A stretch of DNA of 64,000 bases from Anthoceros angustus (Eukaryota; Plantae; Anthocerotophyta): contig MU008163.1 in assembly GCA_010909165.1 (NCBI GenBank), positions 2,152,409 through 2,216,408 on the forward strand, in the 5' to 3' direction. The position numbers and the translations under genes were made by a program. Each line of letters opens with the position of its first letter. Positions within the stretch are counted from its first letter, which is position 1. The notes under the pieces are model-generated. The model made no database searches. It was not told the DNA's origin and saw nothing but the letters and a program-made list of their open reading frames with translations. Below are positions 22,045-34,903 of the stretch, in pieces.

Positions 22045-25000
22045 TTATAAAGGCTCCAGGGTGATAGTTGCTTTAGTGAACACTGTTAGTACAAATGGAG
22101 CCTCCTGTCCAGGAGCATACGTGGTCGGCACAATGGTGTAGCCTTTGGGGTCCGGTTCCAGGACCATCTCACAGGCAATCTCTCTTGAGTTAACGTAATC
22201 AGTATGCCCAACGGACTCATGCATGAAGATCACGGGCCCAGCTCTGCGCCCTTGTGTTTTGATAATCCTCATCCCAATGTAGAAATGAGTAGAGTCGTTG
22301 CTTGGCTGGTAGTTGTCAAAACTGGTGCGCTTCCTTGAAGCAAATTGTACACCCTGGACAGGAGACCACCAATTAGGAAATCGATTAAGGCTGTAAGCCC
22401 GCCTAGAACAGAGGCTATGACAGATCGTACCTGAGTCAACGTTACAAAGACATGAATTGGATGTCGAGCATCTGCACCAACAGCTCTCAAATGGAATTGA
22501 GGATTCTGATGCCATGTCTCAAACTCCTGACAACCACCTGCTGATGCACTTCGCCATTGGCCCCGCACAGGGTACCTCATTTCTGGAGGATAGATTCGGC
22601 AGACATATAGGGATCTAAAGTGAAGCTGAAAGTCTTCCCAAGACATCCAAAAGATACCATCCGAAGACTGCAGGAGACCCACAACATTTGATCAGCAGAG
22701 ATTCCATCACACCTGGATGCATAGAGGGTGAACGAGTATTTGGCTTTCAAATCGGCAGAATAATCACCTGCGGAATGTACTTCAGTTTATGCTTCATTCG
22801 GTCAGTCCATTCTGGGGACATGTCTGACCATGGACCATTCCACTCCACCTCGTTAGCCCATGGATTTCGAATCTGCACCAACTTGTGGCCATCTGCCTCT
22901 CTCACCTACAAATATGATCGCAAGGCATCAACAACATGACTCCTGGTAAACCTCTTAAGACATGCAACATAACCTGAATGCACACAAGGCACGACTCTTG
23001 TAGGAGAAGGTAATAGAGACACCTGAAGCACGGAGTATGCATGGCCCTGCACTATGCCATTGGCAGAGACCTGTGCATCAGAACCCGACGGACTGCCAGC
23101 CCCTAACAAAAATCCTTCTTCCTTGAAACGGAGCAATTGTGACCACAGCTTTCCACTGCCGAGGTCAAGCTGGGCTTGAGTTGATGTCATATCAATTTCC
23201 TCCCCAGCACCACCTGTCAAGTCCACTAATGCGTCCTGAACTACTCCACCTTCCAAGGCTTCATATGACCCATGCAACTTTGCATATGCCTTTTCCAGTA
23301 TCGATACCCACAGCTCCATGACTCTTTTGCTTGTTGCAAAAGCAGGCTTGCCATGTGACTCACAGGGAATCCAATCATCCACCACGACTGGAACCCATTC
23401 GCCCTGCGCTCCGATCAGATTATCCACAGTTAACTTGGAGTACAATGCCTAATTATGTGTAGGCAGGACTAACAGACCAACAACTGCATACCTCTATGCA
23501 AAATCGGACTGTGTAAATTCCTTCTTGGTTGTACTCTGGAGTGATGATGACGTCTTTAATTCTTGAAGCCTCCGTAAGCACAGCTACTGCACTTAAAAAC
23601 CAGCAATTCCCCAATCGCCCCTGCTAGCAAGGACAACCAGACTCTTAGATGGTGATTAATGATGACTGGGCTGGCCTGTAACATGAGAAACCTACACAGC
23701 TGGCTTGTACACAAGGCATGCTTATAACCTGACAGACGTCTGAGGCATTTGGAGTTCCGCTGAACAAACAAGGTCGCTCCTCAACAGCTGCTTTCTTGAG
23801 GACCTCATCAGGTCGCTCCCATTCTGTAACCACCTGCAATCTCCCACACAGCGTTCTCAAAAAACAGCACTGGAGTCCCAGTAGCAATCAAGAAAATCTC
23901 CCTGCACTTGACAGCTCAGAACTTGTGGAGAAGTGCTTGCCTGCAATTTTGACAAAGGATTTGCTGAGTCTACGAACAAGGAATAATCGCCTGGAGGAAA
24001 TTCTTGGTCCGTAAATCTTGCTTCCCCCCGAGCAGAAAGTGCTTCTCGAACTGCAAGCTCCACTGCTCGCATTCGTTGATTTACTTCTTCGTGAGTTTCC
24101 ATCTTAGGCTTCCTCAATTTCCTGGAGGCGTATTCCATGTCCAAGGCAATGGTTTCTCTCTCTGCCTTTCGCTTTCTTCCAGTTGTTTGCTGCTCTTCCC
24201 AATATCCTTCATCCCAGTAGTTGATAGCTTCTATATTAAGGGGATCAGCCGCATATGCCCAATCATCAACCTGTCAAACAAGACTTTGGTGAGACCAAAG
24301 ACATCATGATTGGGCAAGTGAACACAAATATTGAAGTACATACCGCAGGTGACTCCTCTACAGGCCACCACTCTTCCTCGGGGAGTGCACCTATATCTTC
24401 TGAGATTACACTTGCATGGACAGCAAGAACTTCTTCTTCAGTCAAAACTCTGCTCCAAAGAAACACATCCATGATGTGCATACGTGACTCCACACCCTCA
24501 CTATCGGAGCGTCCAAATGCTTCAACATCCATTGCAGGCTTCATGCCCACAAATATTTCGGTGCCCTCTTGCCAGATGCCAGCATCTGCTGGCAGTGGCA
24601 GGCCACTTTGAATGCCATCAAAAACACCATCCAGGTATGCAGTAACTTCACCCGCCTCAGCATCAATAGTTACAACAACAGTGTGCCACCTAAAAGATCC
24701 AGACAAGGCAGATGGACAATGTTCTTAGCCAGCACATCATAACTGCAAAGACTTCGAATCATCAGCGAAACACTCAGGTAAACACCAGCCCACCTTCCAT
24801 CAGCAATGCATGTGCCCCCAATGTTCCACTCTCTCAAGGTACTTGTTTGAGCAGCACCTCTCACAAGTCGAAGCCCAACTTGTCCTGCTTCAAGACCCTG
24901 CTCTGCCCCTGCAATGTAAACTTCCCAGCATACTTGACCATAGGACTCAGACCCAAACATGTAGACTGGCCCTGACTCAGGCTGCACAACAATAGCTGCT

Positions 25001-28000
25001 GATATTGTCACCCGTGAACTTCCACACAGAGAAGCATGAACAGAGCCACAAGGCCTTCCACCAGTTCGAGGCTCATCATCAACAATACAGACAGCTCCTT
25101 GGACTCCAGTCTGCGAGGGATGTGAAGAGGAAATAAGTCATCGCTGGGTACTAAATATATATGATGCAGTGCTGCTGCTTCTATGATGAGAAACAAACAA
25201 GAGAAAGTTGAGCAAACCTGCTGAGCGCGTCGAACCCGATGTGCTGTCAGGATGCGGCGCGCAATATTTGAGACCTGATCAGCAAGCCTGCTGTCGTCCC
25301 GAAAGACATCAGCCCCAACAGCTCTAACAGCTGTAGCCATTGCCGCAGCTTCCTTGGTACCAACATCAGGAACAGAAGATATGACGGATGCCTCCATCTC
25401 TTTTCGGCGCCGTTCCTCCTTCTCCAACAGAGTTTTCCTCCTCTCCCTCCCTCTTCCTTCTTCTTCTCGTCGTTGAAGAACAAGTTCCTCTTCAATTTCC
25501 TTCTCCCGCATGTAGCTGCATTCATGCCCATCCAAAAACTTTTAAGCCAGTTTGCATGAACTCAGGAGTTTGCTGTGGCTTCATCAGTGTCAAACATTCT
25601 GTCAAAATCTACCTTTCTTGCACCCTTTCAAACTGCTTCCGATCTTCTGGCGTCCATGTCTTTATCTTCTTGGCACTAAGGCCAGAAAATCCAATACTAT
25701 CAAGGAACAACCGGAGGCGCACTTCATCCTATCACCATACCAAATAAGTCAAACAGTTAAACTACAGAATGTCAACCCACAGAATGTGAGCAAGATGCAA
25801 TGATGGTCCCAAACATACCTGCACTTTCTCTGCTCTGGCTGCAAGCCCAAGGACAAGTAACAAGTATCCCCCAAATTTATCCCACATGTACACCCATTCT
25901 GTATCTATTGCCTCCTCCAAGGCTAGTATACGAGCATGGGCACACATCTTCCTTCTGTAGCCAACCTCTAAAGCTGTGTCCTGCCTACAGACATACGGGG
26001 TGCTTGGAGCCCACCACAACCCAGCTGCATGTTCTTCATTCCGTAGCCGTTCACGTAACTTCAATACATCAGCTCGTGGGAGCACGAAATTGCCTGCCTT
26101 GTCACGAGAGATTGCAGTGTCTCCAACAAGAAGAGCAGCTGAACTGGCCGATCTTTGAGGAGCTGAAAAAGTACCAGACATGGCACTCCTAGACTGTGAT
26201 GGAGGAAAAATGCCCGTTAAGCATGCACCACATTGCAGAGTACAGCTTAGATTGAATAATAGAACAGTCCAAAGCTTGCACACCTTCTTGGAAGACCGCA
26301 CAATAGCCTGAACGATGGTGTCCTTGCTAAGAAAGTGCACAGCATCTTCAATCATCTATAGAAGGCAACAGAATCTTTTTTCAGTTTCCCTACTAGATAG
26401 TGCACGAATTGTTTCAGGAAACTCACGGAAAGAGCTGGCAAGAAACTCAAGGAAAATGTGAAAACATGAAAGATTCTCACCCTGAGGGTCAAACATGGAC
26501 GAGAAACTGCAAACCCGAAGGCCACTACGAGGGTGACGGCAGACACAGAAGCACCAGCAAATGGAGGATATATTTCAAGACTGGCCACAACTCCCCAGCC
26601 AGCAGTTGCAAGGCCGATGCCATATAGCATAAGAAAAGCAGAACTACACCAGACAAAGACATGATAAACAAACCGTCAAGGCTAAACACTGAAACGTGAA
26701 TTAAAAATAGTTGCCTCCCACTGTGGCTTACCTGACATTCTTCGCAGTATCTGAGTTGGCATCATACACATAAACAGGAAGCACACGAGGGGAATAAATG
26801 ACAACAGGTGGAGATAAAAGGACCTGTAACAGAAAAAAAACCGTCACAAAAAACTTAAATTGAGAAGGAAAGAGGTAATTTTGAGACAAAAGTGTCCTGC
26901 GATGCTAGATGTTACCGTGAGTGATCGACCCCCAAGAAGAAAGAGTAGAGCAAAGTATCCTACGGAAGCACCTACAAATGGCTCTCCTGCATGCCACCAT
27001 ACCTCAATAAGATAAGCTGAATAATGCATTGCTGCATGCATGTTCATTTAAGCCTGAAACAATGCTTCTTACCTGCAAGAAGTCCTACAAGGAATGCTGC
27101 CAGAGCCAGGACAAAGGTAGCCAAGCTGACTAAAAACATCTCCATTCGAGTCAAGTAGAAGTTGTGAGATACCCAGTGATGCACAACACCGACAGTTAAA
27201 ATGACCAGTAGCAGAAACAAGAGGAACGCCACTCCAACCTGCCAGACGAAAAAACATTATAGTGGGTGTCTGCCCTAATTCGAACGCACTTAACACTTTT
27301 CACTACAGACCATGCTTGGAAGCAGACAGGGCTTCAATGAATAAACTACTCACCATCCAGGGATTGATTGTTGCAATGACAGCCGATATTGCTCCTAACA
27401 AAAGAAGCAGCCCAAATCCTAGAAAAAAACAGGATCCTCTTGAACATTTCCAACATTCATCTTTCCTGAAAATTGGACAAAACAGATAACGTTAAATGAC
27501 ACTTAATCCACTGACAGCACAAGGGGCTTGGAATGCATTCAGAAATTTTTCAACATGAATCACAACTCACAATTTATACAGTCCACATGACAAGGAGAAC
27601 AGCGCTGGAATGCAGAGCAGTGGGAGCAAAGCTGCCAAGAAATCAGTTTTCAGTGGAGCCTGGTCTTCTCTCGCATGGACCACACCAGCATAAGACCCTC
27701 CACAAAAGCCAACAAGCACAACTGCGAACAGAAGCCCAGAGAACAGTTAGTTACTAACCCAAAAACACCCAAACCGTGCCAGCAACATGGACCAGCTTAC
27801 CTATAAAGATGCTAACGCAGATTGCAGAGGCCAATGTGAACCGGTACGTCGCAAACCAGGATACAGCTGGTAGAGCTCCAGTTATGAGAAGAGCCAATGC
27901 TGAGGCGACCGCCCATCCTAGGTAGAACGATGATGCATATGGGGATGAGTTGATCTCTACTACTCCACTACCAGCATGGTACCTCAAATCCTTTAGGGGT

Positions 28001-31000
28001 TCAAACGATATGATTGTGCCAAGAGCCAAGATGCATGTGATACACAGACAAATTGCAGCAGTCATGACAACATCCTGCAACAGGACACAGCAAAATAAGC
28101 TCAAAGCTACCAGGGTCCGTTTACTGCAAAGAACTTGCCATAAAATTATGGCACGGCAAAAACTCAACTAGATTGACTAATATGGAGCTGCAAAGTAGCA
28201 GGCACAGCATACCTCACGTGGTCTGGAGACACCTTGAGGATGTGAGCGACGGGATTCATCATCTTGGTAATCCCAGACGGGAGGCATATAGAACCTATAC
28301 CCGTTATGTACATAGATTGGGAGGGCTACCACAAGAGAGGCTACCATCAATGGTATTGTCATGGATAGGCCGAGGAGCACTGAGGACTTACTGAAAATGA
28401 CAGCAATCACACAGGTCAGAACAAGTGCAATAAGACTACCTTGCCAGAGCTGCCATTGTCACGCAATAAGAGTCTGCCAAAGATTTGTACCTGAGAATGG
28501 CCAACAGCAAGCCAACGCACGTGCTGAGCAGCCATGCTAGAATGCCAAACTGCAGACACACGAAGATTTAGACAAAGCACAAAGCACCAGGATCCAAACT
28601 TCTTAATCCCACATAGGATGAACAGTTACCTTTTGCACTCTCCATGTCAGGCACATGTCCTCTGCTTGAAGTGCTCGAAGGAAGGCCATAATAGAGCATA
28701 TTACAGGAGACAAAAGTAGAGAAGCTATGCCAAATTCAAACTGCAAGGGACAGCAAAGCAAAACCATGTCAAAGATCCACTGCTGGAGCTGAAAGCGTGG
28801 AGTACATGGTGAGCTGAGTATTGCATACCTGATCATGGCTCGTATTGATGACAGACACTGGTTTGGGACGAAAGACAGCAACAATAACCGTGTCCACTAC
28901 AAATACAAGACTGAAAAGCACCCACATCCTCTCAGGGGTGCCTCCAACAAACTGGATCAACTGACGGGTGAACTGCAACCACTTCTCAAGCTGATGCCGT
29001 TTCAGTTCATCGGACCACGTGCTTGCTTCTTCAGTAGGCACATTTAAAGATTCTCCACCTCCAGCTTCCTTGCTATTATCCTTGTGGTCGCGGTCTGCAT
29101 CAAGGCTGCTCCTCTGGAGCAGCGCCAAAATTTGTGGGTCAAAGCCCTTCCCAGCCAACATGACAGCAAAATTTGGATCAAGCCCTCTCTCCTCAAGCAC
29201 AGCTGTTATGTCCTGTTCCCCACCATCCCGCTTCCAGTCAGAAGACTCTTGTTGCTTGAGCCTCTCCTGAAACATTAAAGCCAGGCTGCAGTCCAGGGCT
29301 TGCTGATCAGCTGGAGCCAAGCGGATGCTATTTGAATCTAATTCTTGTCCACTGCATAGGACAGAGCCAGTACAAGTTGTTTCAGGCTCTGGATACAGAG
29401 GGGCAGGGCTTGTAGCATCAGAGCTTATGCTGCTCGCCTGCTTTTCCTCTGATGAAGCACCAATATCTGCATCTTCGGCTCCAGCCTGATAAGAGGAAGA
29501 GTCATTTTCGTTCTGATGAGATACCCCTGGAGCAAAAAGAGCAACGGCTGACCCCCTGAAGTTTTCTTTCTCAGGGTTGGACGGTGCCATGGAATCTGCT
29601 GCATTACCACCTGTCCCGGTTGCGGCATTCCAACTGTGAACAGATTCACCTCTGTTGGAACCATCCGTGTATCCGACAAGATGAGCTCCCTCAACACTGC
29701 TGCTTCTCACAGCACTTGACTCCCGATCCTCAGAAAAACTTGAGGAGCTGCCAAGGCCTCTCCTTCGGAACCCCTCTCTTAACCTGACAACTGTATGCTG
29801 AAGGGCCGCTCGTCTGGCATCCGAGGGATTCACAACTGCAAAGTGTCGCACAACTGCAGCTCCAAGAAGGACCGAGGCAACAACAGCATATCCTATACAG
29901 TGACCCAGGTACCTACCACCAAGCAAGGCTCGTTAATTAGCTATCAGGGTGATCCATCAGCTGGCTAGAGCAAAGGTATGTAAAGGGAGACACAAGAGGC
30001 AAAAACAATGACAGTTGCGCACACACCAGTATTCTACCCCAAAACATATCAGGAATATTCGGTATATCCCGGCCAAGTAGAGGGCTATCACGTGACTGCT
30101 CAGCAGCTTATAACCAAACATACAGACACCCATCTTTGAATCTGCACAATCCAGTCATATCAGTGAGAACAAAGGAATTAAGTCCTAACCCCTTCAATCA
30201 CCTGCTATGGCTATCTGGCAGCTCGTCCCTAGCTATAATCCAGAGGACCGACACGTTCCAGTGGGCCTTTCAAGTTCTTACCCAATATGATAACAGCTGC
30301 CGATGTTACGCCTCCAAGCCACTTGGCTTTCTGGGCAGTCAGGGCATATACCACTGAGTATACAAGAAGAACCAGCACAGAACCAGAGTACAGGAGGATA
30401 AGCTGGGAAGGTCTGCAATAACAAGTAATCAACGATTTTTAAGCGTGTCAATTGAAGACCCCACCTAGTTAGGATGGACGCATTGCAAAACTCTAACCTT
30501 TTCCTTTTCCGCAATGAGGGGTCCTTTGGATCAGGCGGCTCCGGCAAAAAGGCAACGGGACCGACTTCAATCCCATCAGCATATGCGTACTTGTATGATC
30601 TCCTGACATACTCATCCACATCCACACCAGATCCTGCATGGATACCACAGAAAGTGTCAAACTTCATGGCAGATGAAAGATGTGGGAGAGTCCCAATCCA
30701 AATCGTCACTCACCATGAAAGACCATCTTGCATATGAACAGCATGTTGATGCCCATCGAAATGGCTGAAACACCAAAGAAGAATCCTGAGGGTGAGAAGC
30801 GCCTGGACGCACTTCTCCCCGCGGAGACATAGACAGCACAAAACTCGTAAGCACAGATCAGGGCCACCGCTAACAGCAGCAACACGGCCACCGCACCTGC
30901 AAGCAAGAAGTGCAAATGCGATCAGAGCCAACGACGATATGCTGCTGCTGTTGGTGTCCAGAGTTCTAGCACTCTTTAACGTTTCCACAAATTGGAGCTG

Positions 31001-31687
31001 TACAATGTGTCGCTCAGATGCAGACCACTTACGAGAACTTTGCCATTGAGTCCTCCACCACAACATGATGGCGTAGAAGGCCAGCACCAGAGCTGTTCCC
31101 GCCATGATGACTGCAAGGCCGATGGTGTCGTGCTCCAGCAGGATAATCAACCTCACTCCCCATAATACCAGGATCGCAATTGGAGAGACCACAATTGCCC
31201 AAGCCAGCCATGACAGCAGTCCAGACACAATGCTCAAATAAGGGCCTTGGAGATACGGTGCCCACCTCCGAGCATAGACCCAACTGGAAAGGAGCACGTA
31301 ACAGAGAGTAGTTGTCAGACATTGACGGCACGACAAGGGGCGTCCTAGGATGACATTGAAATCAGCGTGAAGCGGGTCGGACAAAGAAGGGGCAAAGAAC
31401 CCTAGCGATCATGGAGCGGGAGTATAGATTGAAAGCGAAGGTGTGCGAGACAAGCATTCCAGCTGTGCTTCCTCCTCCAACAGAAAAGGAGGAGCTTACA
31501 AAGTCTTGAGGGAAGGGAAGAGAGGGGGGGAGCGAAGAAGCAGAGAATCCAACCTGTAAATTCTCCATGGACGCCAATTCACAGAGAAAAGTAGAGCGAT
31601 CGACAAGGCGGTGAGCACAGTGAAGAGAGTGCCATGTATAGCACAGACTGTGGCCACGCTCTGGCCATGCCCTGATACGTTGCCCAT
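22045..31687 (-). CDS. DEK1: DEFECTIVE KERNEL 1 membrane-anchored calpain, multi-exon
   Basis: N-terminus MGNVSG...LFSVNWRPWRIY, multiple TM exons, loop, LamG-like linker (WHTVVVTIDAEAGE), CysPc (DVCQ|GRLGNCWFLSAVAVL, GIVQGHAYS, IRNPWANEVEWNGPWSD) and C2L ending VFTKATITLEPL-stop. Confidence 0.97.
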
Positions 31688-32840
31688 AGTGAAATGGCTG
31701 CCGTTCCTTCATCCACCCCTGCTCAACCCTGCTAGCCAGGCCACTGGATGCGCTGGCGCGCAGGGCAGCCCACAACCTGAGTCCTCCTGGCCAGCCCAAC
31801 CAGGCCCGCCCAACCAGGACCGTTGCTGGAATGCATGGGCAAATTGGGCTCCGCGACAGAACCAGTACCGGCAGGCAGCTGCAGCCTAATCCTTATCCCT
31901 GTGCCGCCTCCGCACCACGATGGGCACTGGCAGCAGCGGCATCAAACAAGCTGTCGCAGATTGCGCAGGCAGCAAGCGGCAGCGTACAACCACCCTCCAT
32001 GCTGTAGCAGCGAGTGCGATTGGCAGCAGCGATTGAGATGCCGGCATCGTGCGGGGGGGTGCAGCCCCGCACCCAGAAATGTCATTCCCCTGCTGCCCCG
32101 ATCCGATTCCCCGCCGGAATGAGAAGATCCAATCCAGCCCGGGCCCTATCCCCGCAGGAGCAGAAGCAGGAGAGCCCGGGGCGTCATAAATAGAGGCGGA
32201 GGAGGAGCATGAGGCCCACAGCCGCGGAGGTGGAGCGAATTCAGCCCCGCTCTCGGCCCCGCTCGTTCCCCTTCCGGCAAGCAGCAGCAATAAAGCCCAG
32301 CACAGCAGAAATCGCCTGCAGCACTCAATGCGGGGCACAAATGCGCATGTCTGCCTTGGAAAGGAGCTGGGGCCTAGCTACGCGGCAGAGGCGCCCATAA
32401 ATGCAGCCCGCCTATCCTCCTCCCGGCTTCTTCTATCTTTCCATCTACCCAACCCAAAACTCAACACAAGACGGAAGGGAGGGAGGCGAGGCGAGGCGAG
32501 AGAGCCCACGGCCCGCCAGGCTGGTGGGTCGGGACTGGAGGCGAGAAACGGCCAGCTGACTCGAAGCTTGACCGAACAGGGTGGGAGCAGGGAGTCGGAG
32601 TCGGGCCTGGCAGCCGCTGGAGCCGCTGCTGCTGCAGCAGCGCTTGCAGCGAGCGATGCAGTGACGGCCGTAGTGATGTGATTCACAGCGTGGCAAGAGA
32701 GAGAGCCGGCCTGTCGCCGGGACGGGGCAGCTGCTGCTGCAGACACACACTCAGACATGGGCTCATGGCACTCCGGGCAATAAAGGCTGGGATTGCATGC
32801 ATTACTGCAGAAAGAGAGGCTTCTCTCCTGCTCCTCCCAG

Positions 32841-32893
32841 GCCCAGGCCCAGGCCCAGCCCCAGCCCCAGCCCCAGCCCCTGCCCCAGCCCCA
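32841..32893. repeat. (GCCCAG/CCCCAG)n hexamer microsatellite in the GC-rich region upstream of DEK1
   Basis: cccaggcccaggcccaggcccagccccagccccagccccagcccc. Confidence 0.9.
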
Positions 32894-33356
32894 GTCCCGC
32901 TCAACTCATCAGCCAAGGTCTCGCACGAGGGAAAGCGGCGCACCCACAACACTGCTGTGCTGCATCCAGCTGCCGCTGCAGCGGCAGCTGGATGCACAAA
33001 GGAGCCGCGGCAGCAGCAGCAGCAGCCTGCACAAACAACACCATCGCGAGGGCTAACCCTACCATTGTCGTCACCAGCGATGTTGTTGTACTGCACTGCA
33101 ACTTAACAGCAGTCCCATGGCCAGACCCACCAGTCCACAGTGCTGCAGGTGCAGATGCAGCAGGAGCCGTGGCCCGTAGCGCTCTTGCCCGTAGCCCGTG
33201 GCCCGCCATCGCCCACGGCCGTCCGCCTGCCTGCCTGCCTGCCTGCGCCTGCCTGCTCGCCCTGTCAGTCCTGACAGGCGCGATTCAAAATTCGGCCGTT
33301 GTGTCATCACGCGCCCCTAACCCCGCTTAAATCAGATGCCGTTTAAAAAAAACCTG

Positions 33357-33416
33357 GGCATTTCGTTTCGGGGCCGGCGAACGAAATGCCGGCCCGCCGT
33401 CGTCCGCAAACCCTAA
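33357..33416. promoter_or_regulatory. Inverted repeat plus telo-box in the putative DEK1 promoter/leader
   Basis: ggcatttcgtt (33357-33367) and aacgaaatgcc (33380-33390) form a perfect inverted repeat; AAACCCTAA is at 33408-33416. Function is inferred only. Confidence 0.3.
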
Positions 33417-34107
33417 CCACCTCGGCGAAACGCCACGCGACGTGGCCCCCGAAATTCCACACGCACACGCGGACGCGGGTTCGAACCCCGGGAAATGCCC
33501 GTGACCCGGGCCCGGCCCCGAACTGAACCGACCTACCCACCTACCCACCTGACCTACCAAAACGTATCCCGTATGGGAATGCGGCCCGAGCCAGCGCTGC
33601 CACCAGCCCACCCGCGTCCGGACCTAAGATTCTCAGCGCTCCCGGGTTGGAACTCGCGTCGTGACGGCGAGTCGGAAATCGTGAATGTATGTACATACAT
33701 ACATACATACATATGTAGTAGTCTAGGGGATGCTACGCTCTACCTACACCCCATCCATGAACCGCCTCTGATAATAGGACCCTGTTGGAGCGACCCTACC
33801 ATAGCATACGACCGTTTCCTTCCCTGTCGCAATAATAAAGGCTCCCAAGGACCTCAACGCTGTGTAGGTCTTATTAATACCACATTCATCGGGGGCCCTT
33901 TCCCGACCAATTAAATTGTGGGGTCCGAACATTCCTGAGCCCAGCCCGTTCCGTCCAAATCCCAGATTCTCACCATTCAAGTTAACTCAAAATTTGCACA
34001 AGGATTAGAGTGCGGCCATTCAATGCAGGAGTGCAGGAGGAGATTTGGGCCGGCGACCGGCCCTCGCTCTTCCCACCCGATGGCCCATTTTACGAGCGCA
34101 CACACCC

Positions 34108-34148
34108 CATGTACATGTACATGTACATGTATCTGTACATGTACATAC
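34108..34148. repeat. (CATGTA)n palindromic microsatellite
   Basis: catgtacatgtacatgtacatgta is self-complementary and alternates purine and pyrimidine. Confidence 0.9.
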
Positions 34149-34559
34149 AGTATGTATGCGGTTGTGGGTTTTGTGGGTGGGCGGTTGGGAAATGCATGAA
34201 TGCGGGGGCGCAAGGCAGTCGGGACTCGGGACGCGGGAGGGCAAGGGGCATGAGGCCCATTAAAGGCACGGGACGGAACGAAAGAGACGCCCATTTATGG
34301 AACTCGTCTCAATCATTTGGGCCGTCCTGCAGCCTGCTCCCGTTTCTCACCGTTTCACGCCCCGCCCATGACTCGCCACGGAACGGGTTCCGGGAACCGG
34401 GACCCCGTCCGCTCACGCCGTTCCCGGCCCTCCTCATCAATTCTTACACGTCATATGTGTACTTACGCGCGTAAGGTTATTGAACAAGCGCCTTATGGAA
34501 TGTCTCCTGTTCACAACCGTTGCGACTCGCCTATGGAGGGATTAGGCATCTTAAATACA

Positions 34560-34903
34560 TACATATATATAATAGCCTTGATTTGACTGTCGTATGAAAA
34601 TATATGTATGTTCAACAGGAGTATGATAATTGGGAAGGTGATGGGAGCTCTAGCAATGGTTAGCGGCAAGGTGGCTTGGTGTCGATGCTTGTCCCTAGGT
34701 CTGCATTCACAGGGAGAAGAGCCTACTCGATGGGATTCTAGCCTTGATTTAATTATTGTATGAAAAAATATATATGTCCAAGAAGTGTATGATAATTTGG
34801 AAGATGACGGGAGCTCTAGCGATGGCTAGCGGAGTGGTAGCTTGATGTCGATTGTTGTTCCTTGGTATGGGTTCGAAGGGAAGGAGCCTATTCGGGGGAT
34901 TCT
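34560..34903. repeat. Diverged ~165-bp tandem duplication
   Basis: tagccttgattt...gtatgataatt.ggaag.tga.gggagctctagc.atgg.tagcgg occurs twice. Confidence 0.7.

Noticed and set aside
33477-33488. tRNA B-box/T-arm-like GGGTTCGAACCC
   Set aside because: No acceptor stem, D-arm or anticodon arm can be built around it.
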